DNA of 64,000 nucleotides from an uncultured bacterium (GTDB lineage Bacteria; Chlamydiota; Chlamydiia; Chlamydiales; FEN-1388): NCBI GenBank assembly GCA_964427425.1, contig CAYRUD010000001.1, positions 186,450 to 250,449 of the forward strand, read 5' to 3'. Shown piece by piece: positions 57,615 to 64,000 of this stretch (position 1 is its first letter; each line of letters starts with the position of its first letter). The notes under the pieces were generated by a model. It saw only the letters and a program-made list of their open reading frames with translations, ran no database searches and was not told where the DNA came from. The position numbers and the translations under genes were made by a program.

Positions 57615-58688
57615 ATGTTTCATCATCCAGATCCTCATACAGCTCCATATCTTGTCTTAGCTTTTTATCATTTCGCCAACATCTTAGATCCAGATTTAGA
57701 AGTTCGTCAGCACAAAGATTTCTTAGCGACTTGCGATGTCACATGCCGAGTCTATATCTCTTCTGAAGGGATAAACGCTCAGATGTGTTTTGCTCGGGCT
57801 GATGCTGAAAAGTACATGAAATGGCTCTCTTCAAGGCCAGGATTTCAAGATGTCTATTTTAAGATCCAAGGATCGATACGCCAAGTTTTTGCTCGTGTCA
57901 CAGTAAAAAAGAAGGAGCTTGTCTCTTTCGGCTGTAATGTAGACTTAAAGAAGAGTGGGTATCACGCCTCCCCAGAGGAGTGGGATGAGATGCTTGCCAA
58001 CGAGGAAAATAAAATCGTTGTCGATATACGAAATGAGTATGAGTGGGAAGTAGGCCACTTTGAGGGAGCAGAACCTGTCACATGCCAGAATTTTCGCGAG
58101 TTTCAAGAGTATGCCGAAGAATTGAAGAAAAGACTTGAGAAGCGTCCGGCCAAAGTGATGATGTACTGTACCGGAGGTATTCGCTGCGAATACTTTTCCG
58201 CTCTCTTAAAAGAGAAGGGGATCGATGAGATTTACCAACTTGACGGTGGAGTGATCAACTACGGAGAAAAGCAAGGATCCTCCAAATGGAAAGGATCTTT
58301 ATTTGTTTTCGATGACCGCCTGACCGTTCCAGTAGGTGAAGGAAGTCCTGAAGTGATTGGGAAATGTCACCATTGCGGAGCAAAGACAGATAATTTCTAT
58401 AACTGCGCTAATATGGACTGTAATGAGCTTTTCTTGTGCTGTGAAAGCTGTCTTGAGAAGTTTTCAGGCTGCTGCAAAGAAGAGTGTATGAATGCTCCAC
58501 GCTTAAGGCCATTCCAGTATGCTCATACGCCTTTTAGACGTTGGTACAACTACGCGAATACAAAAGAAGAATTGGCTCAATTAAATCCAAAACACCAGGC
58601 TAATGCATCTTCCGATACTTCTTGTTGCTGTGCGTGTTCCTCGCCAGCCCATCCTCAAGGGCTAGGAGTACAAGGAGAGAAGCGATGA
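57615..58688 (+). CDS. trhO: Rhodanese-domain tRNA uridine(34) hydroxylase family (TrhO/YceA, UPF0176)
   Basis: AFYHF, EGINAQ, DIRNEYEWEVGHF, MYCTGGIRCE, QLDGGVINY, LFVFDDR, C-terminal Cys cluster. Confidence 0.88.
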   Translation: MFHHPDPHTAPYLVLAFYHFANILDPDLEVRQHKDFLATCDVTCRVYISSEGINAQMCFARADAEKYMKWLSSRPGFQDVYFKIQGSIRQVFARVTVKKKELVSFGCNVDLKKSGYHASPEEWDEMLANEENKIVVDIRNEYEWEVGHFEGAEPVTCQNFREFQEYAEELKKRLEKRPAKVMMYCTGGIRCEYFSALLKEKGIDEIYQLDGGVINYGEKQGSSKWKGSLFVFDDRLTVPVGEGSPEVIGKCHHCGAKTDNFYNCANMDCNELFLCCESCLEKFSGCCKEECMNAPRLRPFQYAHTPFRRWYNYANTKEELAQLNPKHQANASSDTSCCCACSSPAHPQGLGVQGEKR

Positions 58689-59557
58689 TAGAGAAGAAGG
58701 TGCGTACTCGTCCGCAACACACATTGAGAAGTGAGGTAAGTTATTCTGGGACTGGTATCCATACCGGTCAAGAAGTGAGCATGCGCTTTATCCCTCAACC
58801 TCCAGGAAGCGGAATCACGTTCCGTCGTGTTGACCTTCCAGGACGACCTCTGATCCCTGCGACAGTTGAGTACGTATTCGATACATCTCGAAGTACGAAT
58901 CTTGCCGTCGGCGATGTTAAAATTTACACTGTTGAGCATGTCCTAGCTGCTTTGAAAGCGTATCAGATTGATAATTTGCTGATTGAGCTTACTAACTTAG
59001 AGCCTCCTGCTGGTAATGGAAGTTCAGATGTCTTTGTTGAGATGATTGAAAAGGCAGGGGTGCTTGTTCAAGAAGATGCGACAGTTCCTATCTTAAGTCT
59101 TTCAAAGCCTGTCTGGTGGAGTGAAGGAGATATTCACATTGTTGCTTTGCCATCCGATGTGTATAAGGTAAGTTATACGTTGAATTATCCAAAAGTTGAG
59201 TCGCTTGGAGCTCAGTATTTTTCCTTTGAAGTTACTCCCGAAGGATTCAAACGTGAAATTGCTCCTTGCCGAACTTTTGCTTTGTATGAAGAGCTTTCCT
59301 TTTTAATGGATAGAGGGCTAATTAAAGGCGGTAGTCTAGAAAACGCCGTTGTAGTACAAAAAGACTCTGTTATCTCGAAGGGCGGGCTTTTCTTTAAGAA
59401 CGAAATGGTCAGACATAAAATTTTAGATTTAATTGGTGATGTGAGCTTGATTGGCGTTCAATTTACTGCTCATATTATCTCACTTTTGTCAGGCCATACG
59501 TCGAATTACATGTTTTCTAAGGTGTTATATAACCATTTGTTATCCGAGAGGGAATGA
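58685..59557 (+). CDS. lpxC: UDP-3-O-acyl-N-acetylglucosamine deacetylase
   Basis: GTGIHTG, TVEHVLAAL, EIAPCRTF, RHKILDLIGD, GH. ATG at 58685 overlaps the trhO stop (ATGA). Confidence 0.96.
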   Translation: MIEKKVRTRPQHTLRSEVSYSGTGIHTGQEVSMRFIPQPPGSGITFRRVDLPGRPLIPATVEYVFDTSRSTNLAVGDVKIYTVEHVLAALKAYQIDNLLIELTNLEPPAGNGSSDVFVEMIEKAGVLVQEDATVPILSLSKPVWWSEGDIHIVALPSDVYKVSYTLNYPKVESLGAQYFSFEVTPEGFKREIAPCRTFALYEELSFLMDRGLIKGGSLENAVVVQKDSVISKGGLFFKNEMVRHKILDLIGDVSLIGVQFTAHIISLLSGHTSNYMFSKVLYNHLLSERE

Positions 59558-60057
59558 TGACAGATATGTCCGAGCAGAAGTCATCGTGTGATCTGGCTTC
59601 GATACCATCTTCAGTATCACTTGATATTAAAGAGATTGTGAAGATTTTGCCTCACCGATATCCTTTTCTTCTTGTTGACAGGATTACGCACCTCGATGTT
59701 GAAGGTGGTACAGTTGTAGGACTTAAAAATCTGACAATCAATGAGCCTTTTTTTCAAGGGCATTTCCCAGACGCTCCTTTGATGCCAGGTGTCTTAATTC
59801 TTGAGGCGTTGGCTCAAGCTGGCGGTATCCTTGTTCATCTTCGTGGAAACAACCGAGATAAGATTGCTGTTTTGCTGAGCATCACGAATGCGAAGTTTCG
59901 CCATCCTGCACGTCCTGGCGACGTTTTAGTTTTAAAAGCGACCGGTATTCACTTTAGCTCGAAAGGCGGAAGAGTGAAGGCTGAAGCATACGTCGACTCA
60001 AAGCTTGCTGCCGAAGCCGAGATTGGATTCGCAGTTGTTGATAAATCGCAAGTGTAG
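59554..60057 (+). CDS. fabZ: 3-hydroxyacyl-ACP dehydratase
   Basis: LPHRYPFLLVDRI, NEPFFQGHFP, MPGVLILEALAQ. Confidence 0.97.
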   Translation: MMTDMSEQKSSCDLASIPSSVSLDIKEIVKILPHRYPFLLVDRITHLDVEGGTVVGLKNLTINEPFFQGHFPDAPLMPGVLILEALAQAGGILVHLRGNNRDKIAVLLSITNAKFRHPARPGDVLVLKATGIHFSSKGGRVKAEAYVDSKLAAEAEIGFAVVDKSQV

Positions 60058-60257
60058 CTTTTTGGCTTTCGAATTGGAAGCGATACATGGAATATGCGTT
60101 GAGTGAGAGCAACAGCTTCTCCAGCAATGAAAGATACGTTGGAAAAAAAGAAAGTGATTTTCTGATTGGTTTTCTCACGTTTTTGAGAGGCCTTTAAGAG
60201 AATAAGCGTGTAGAGAGTTATATCCACATCCTCAGGTTAGAGTACATAGAACATACA

Positions 60258-61079
60258 ATGTCTACTATTCATCCCACAGCAATTATAGAGCCAGGCGCGA
60301 AGATCGGCCGAAATGTTGTCATAGGGCCATATTCAGTTATAGGTTCCAACGTCGTCCTAGATGATGATGTTATCATTAAACCACATGTTGTTATTGAAGG
60401 GCATACAACTATCGGTCGCGGCACATGTATTTGGCCCGGAGCTGTGATTGGAGCCAAGACTCAAGATCTCAAGTTTAGAGGCGAGACAACATATGTTCGC
60501 ATTGGAGCTGAGTGTCAAATTAGAGAATGTGTCACAATTAACGCATCATGTGGGGAAGGAACCTCCGTCGAAGTTGGTGATAAGTGTCTTATCATGGCCT
60601 ATTGCCACATCGCTCATAATTGTGTTGTAGGCAATAATGTCATTATGGCTAATAACGCGACACTTGCAGGCCATGTTACTGTCGAAGATTGCGCAGTTAT
60701 TGGCGGCCTTTCAGCTATCCACCAATTTTCTCGCATCGGCCGGTATGCAATGGTCGGCGGAATGAGCCGAGTCACACACGATGTGCCTCCATATACAATT
60801 GGTGCAGGATCTCCTTATGCATTTGGCGGAATCAACCGCGTAGGGCTTTCACGACATGGATTCCCATCATCGACTGTACATGTGCTTATGAAAGCTTTTA
60901 GAATTATGTACAGATCAGATCTTTCGCTTGAAAAAGCATTGAAGCGGATAGAAGAAGAAGTTGAGCAAATTCCAGAAGTTCGCAATTGGCTCCATTTTTG
61001 TCGTACCTCACAGCGAGGGATTATTGCTGACGCGAAAGGTGCTCACCAAGAGAGCGAAGAGAATGCTATATTAAGGTAG
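60258..61079 (+). CDS. lpxA: Acyl-ACP--UDP-N-acetylglucosamine O-acyltransferase
   Basis: IHPTAII, hexapeptide repeats, QDLKF, IRECVTI, HIAHNC, LAGHV, IHQF, DVPPY. Confidence 0.97.
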   Translation: MSTIHPTAIIEPGAKIGRNVVIGPYSVIGSNVVLDDDVIIKPHVVIEGHTTIGRGTCIWPGAVIGAKTQDLKFRGETTYVRIGAECQIRECVTINASCGEGTSVEVGDKCLIMAYCHIAHNCVVGNNVIMANNATLAGHVTVEDCAVIGGLSAIHQFSRIGRYAMVGGMSRVTHDVPPYTIGAGSPYAFGGINRVGLSRHGFPSSTVHVLMKAFRIMYRSDLSLEKALKRIEEEVEQIPEVRNWLHFCRTSQRGIIADAKGAHQESEENAILR

Positions 61080-61095
61080 AAGAGATCGACTCACC

Positions 61096-62064
61096 ATGCG
61101 AATAGTTTTTTTTGGAACGCCAGAGTTTGCTGCAGATATCCTTGAGCATATTGTCAAAGAAAAACAGTATAGTGTTGTCGGGATAGTCTCGAAGCCTGAT
61201 AAACCGAAGGGTCGTAATCTAAAGATTGCTCCTACTCCTGTAAAGGAGAAGGCGATCGCGCTATTGCCACAAGTTCCGCTCTTCCAGCCAAAGAGAGTCT
61301 CAACGCCCGAGATGGTAGAAGAGCTTCAGAAGCTTCAACCAGATCTTTTTGTCGTAGTGGCCTATGGGGAGATTATAAAGCCGCTTATTCTATCGATTCC
61401 GCGTTTGGGGTGTATTAACATCCATGCAAGCCTTCTTCCACATTATCGTGGAGCGGCACCTATGCAGCGATCACTGATCGATGGCGTCCAAAGAACTGGC
61501 GTAACTATTATGAGGATGGATGAGGGGCTCGATTCCGGAGATGTTCTCTTAACGAAGAGCTTTGATGTGCCTTCTGATATGGATATGGCAGGCCTTTTCG
61601 AAACTATGCTCAGTGTTTCGAAGTCGGCAATCTCTGAAGGTTTACATCGGATCCACTCAGGAGTAGCTGTTTTCACTCCTCAAGATCATTCCAAAGCAAC
61701 TTTTGCTCCTAAAATCACTCCTGTTGATCTTCTTCTTGATCCGATGCTCCATGATGCTCATCTTATTCATAATAGGGTTCGAGCGCTTAGCCCAAGGCCA
61801 GGAGCGTTTTTCTCGATTAGCTATAAGGGATCTATCAAGCGTTTAAAAGTTCTTCAGACGATTGTCGTCGCAAAGGAGAAACAAGCCGGTTCTACTCCTG
61901 TTATCATCTCTGATGGCTCTTCTCAGATGAGACTTTGTCTTCCTCACGATTCTTCTCATGATCTCCTTCTTGCGCGTGTTCAACTCGAAGGAAAAAAAGA
62001 GATGACCGGAGAGGAATTTATGAGAGGTACTGATCCTAAAGATATCGCTATTCTTCTGACGTAA
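61096..62064 (+). CDS. fmt: Methionyl-tRNA formyltransferase
   Basis: FFGTPEFA, KPDKPKGR, VVAYGEII, INIHASLLPHYRGAAP, MDEGLDSGD. Confidence 0.97.
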   Translation: MRIVFFGTPEFAADILEHIVKEKQYSVVGIVSKPDKPKGRNLKIAPTPVKEKAIALLPQVPLFQPKRVSTPEMVEELQKLQPDLFVVVAYGEIIKPLILSIPRLGCINIHASLLPHYRGAAPMQRSLIDGVQRTGVTIMRMDEGLDSGDVLLTKSFDVPSDMDMAGLFETMLSVSKSAISEGLHRIHSGVAVFTPQDHSKATFAPKITPVDLLLDPMLHDAHLIHNRVRALSPRPGAFFSISYKGSIKRLKVLQTIVVAKEKQAGSTPVIISDGSSQMRLCLPHDSSHDLLLARVQLEGKKEMTGEEFMRGTDPKDIAILLT

Positions 62065-62337
62065 TTCTTTCGCACTCTCTTTCAAAGCTCCTCTTTTCCA
62101 ATCAAAAAGAGGGGCTTTTTCATTTTCATTCATCTTTTTTCAATATGTATTCAGTAGCTTATCTCATTTTGTTCCTCAGGGAGCATTAAAAAAATTGTTT
62201 AACAAAATTTTAGAGAAATTTTTATCCAGGTGATAGAATAAAAAAAGGAGAGGAAAACCTCTTATGAATATGAGCTGATTGATTGCATGAAGGGGGGGAT
62301 ATTCGAGGTATTTGCCCCATAAGGGAAGGGTGAAGGT

Positions 62338-64000
62338 ATGAGTAATGTAGGTGGCCCCGTAAATCCTATACCATCCAATAATGGAGACGGCTCTCCTCTT
62401 CCTAAGGTGAGGAAAACCCAAGGAATGATGAAGGGGACTGGCAAGCAACACAAAGTCTCCTCACAGGCAAAGGGTATATCTGCGAGTAAGATACATGATC
62501 TTTCTTCCAAAAAAGTGTCAGAAGGAACTTCTTCGAAATCAAGCAACTCTCTTCTTAATAAGGTAAAGAAGCAGGAAACGATTTTATCCTCTCCAGCTTC
62601 ATCGCCTGAAAATCCAGAGCAAGCATCAATAGATGTATCTCTTAATTTGCAAGTCCCTGAGTGGCGAGATAACTTATCGAACCTATATAAGCATTTTCAG
62701 GGAAATAAAGCTGAATTTCTGCGACTTGTAAACTTACCTGATATAGAGAGTGCTATAGTTACACATATCTTAGACGAATTCTCAAAGATGAAGCCTCAAG
62801 AACGCGAAGGTTTTGATCCGAGGATTGTGTATTTAGGCGAGCTCAGTTCTTTTCTTCGACAATTGGGGATGGATGAAAAGTTTTTAGATCGCCTAGCAAA
62901 TAATTCCCGTCTTAAGTCATCTCTTCCTTTGCTCTTTCAGCAGAGAAATCTTATAGAAAAGAGTCCATGGGAGGTTGCTGAGCAAATATATATATTGTGT
63001 GAGAGTCAGAAGGGGCGAGATCTTATTAGGGCTGCGAAAAAATCTAAAGATGGTTTTGCGAAGACACGAATTACTGTTGATGGCAAAGGATTCAGTGTGA
63101 TTGCCTATCGAGATGATAATAGAAAAGTACATGTATATCTTTCTTCAAAAGTTTTAGGCGAGGGTTCTTTTAAGAAAGCGAAGTTGCTATTGCACTTAGA
63201 AGAAGGGGAAAAGTCTCAGGTTAAGCTCAATCCAAGAAAAAAAGCTTCTCAGGAAGCTTTGGTAAAGAAAAAAGAGAAAAAATTTGAAAAAGAAGTGTCT
63301 CGTGAAGCTTCAATCTCGAAAGAGCTTCAAAAGGAGGGCGTTCCATATGTCCTTAAAATCAGAAAGGTGACCTATACTTCCACGCAAGGTGTACAAAAAG
63401 TTCGAGGAATGACTGAAGTCTGCTCTCAAGGCGATCTTCATGAGGCTTTTTTTAAAAAAGATCCGCCGTTTTCACAAGATGAAAAATTGCGGTTGATGGG
63501 GCAGGTCTGTGAGGGATTGGCAGGTATGCATAAAGTTGGCATATGCCACCTTGATTTGAAGCTTGCAAATGTATTTCTTACTGAAAATCAAAGCGGTGAT
63601 CTTGAGGCTAGAGTTGCAGATTTTGGAGCTGCTAAACATATAAAGCACGATACGTTTGGAGTAAATACAACCCATTTATCTGCTACATTTCCACCTCCTG
63701 AGATGCTTGATAGTGACGAAATACCTGTAAGTCCATCAATTGATTCTTGGGCACTTGGAGTCATGCTTTATGAGGCGACACACGGTGTGTCAGCAAGTGA
63801 ATTGAACTTGAGCTGGAATGTCGGAGTAGAAGATAGGGATAGCTATAATGACGCCATCACCGAGCTAAGAAACAAGCTTGCCCATGGCAATGAGCTTGAT
63901 CAAATTATACGTAAAATGCTGTCAGAAAAACCTGAGGAGAGAGCAACTCCTGAAGATGCTTTGAAGTGCATTAAAATAATACTGTCGAAGAGGCAACAAG
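62338..64000 (+). CDS. Hanks-type Ser/Thr protein kinase, effector-like (runs off the window end; not in ORF track)
   Basis: Manual translation is open from ATG 62338 (AAGG upstream) to 64000: VLGEGSFKKA, CHLDLKLANVFL, VADFG, PPE, IDSWALG, KPEERAT; Ser/Pro/Asn/Lys-rich N-terminus. Confidence 0.9.
   Translation, partial: MSNVGGPVNPIPSNNGDGSPLPKVRKTQGMMKGTGKQHKVSSQAKGISASKIHDLSSKKVSEGTSSKSSNSLLNKVKKQETILSSPASSPENPEQASIDVSLNLQVPEWRDNLSNLYKHFQGNKAEFLRLVNLPDIESAIVTHILDEFSKMKPQEREGFDPRIVYLGELSSFLRQLGMDEKFLDRLANNSRLKSSLPLLFQQRNLIEKSPWEVAEQIYILCESQKGRDLIRAAKKSKDGFAKTRITVDGKGFSVIAYRDDNRKVHVYLSSKVLGEGSFKKAKLLLHLEEGEKSQVKLNPRKKASQEALVKKKEKKFEKEVSREASISKELQKEGVPYVLKIRKVTYTSTQGVQKVRGMTEVCSQGDLHEAFFKKDPPFSQDEKLRLMGQVCEGLAGMHKVGICHLDLKLANVFLTENQSGDLEARVADFGAAKHIKHDTFGVNTTHLSATFPPPEMLDSDEIPVSPSIDSWALGVMLYEATHGVSASELNLSWNVGVEDRDSYNDAITELRNKLAHGNELDQIIRKMLSEKPEERATPEDALKCIKIILSKRQQ

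Noticed and set aside
1187-63675. Numerous short ORF-track entries antisense to or nested within recognised genes
   Set aside because: Shadow ORFs with no motifs; the opposite or alternative frame holds a clearly conserved gene
1-64000. tRNA/rRNA genes, CRISPR arrays, IS elements, integrases
   Set aside because: No cloverleaf or T-loop signatures, no regularly spaced direct repeats and no DDE or tyrosine recombinase motifs seen by manual scan

Overview
64-kb chromosomal window from a member of the phylum Chlamydiota (environmental-chlamydia type). The assignment rests on conserved chlamydial gene blocks recalled from C. trachomatis: ftsY-sucC-sucD-htrA-M16C protease-pssA/rmuC; dnaE with BamD-like and LptE-like genes; hisS-aspS-mip-trxA; lpxC-fabZ-lpxA-fmt. 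Many orphan, effector-like genes are inserted into this backbone. They include an atypical kinase-like protein between ftsY and sucC, a tandem triad of DUF4116-repeat proteins, a permuted papain-like (His...Asn-Cys) protein, a CE-clan-like cysteine protease, an ~8-kb paralog island between dnaE and hisS, and a Hanks-type Ser/Thr kinase at the right edge that is missing from the ORF track. Most orphans carry one of two recurring N-terminal modules, which suggests a modular leader + cargo repertoire. Other oddities: a LexA-like protein lacking the catalytic Lys and the Ala-Gly cleavage site, an RsmB-family gene split by one in-frame TAG, a probable frameshifted gene at 44.0-44.7 kb, a Cys-rich DUF116-like protein, loss of the lipobox Cys in LptE-like and Mip proteins, and a three-hairpin leader upstream of trhO-lpxC-fabZ-lpxA-fmt. 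I saw no tRNA, rRNA, CRISPR array or transposase. All family assignments come from motif reading; no database searches were run.
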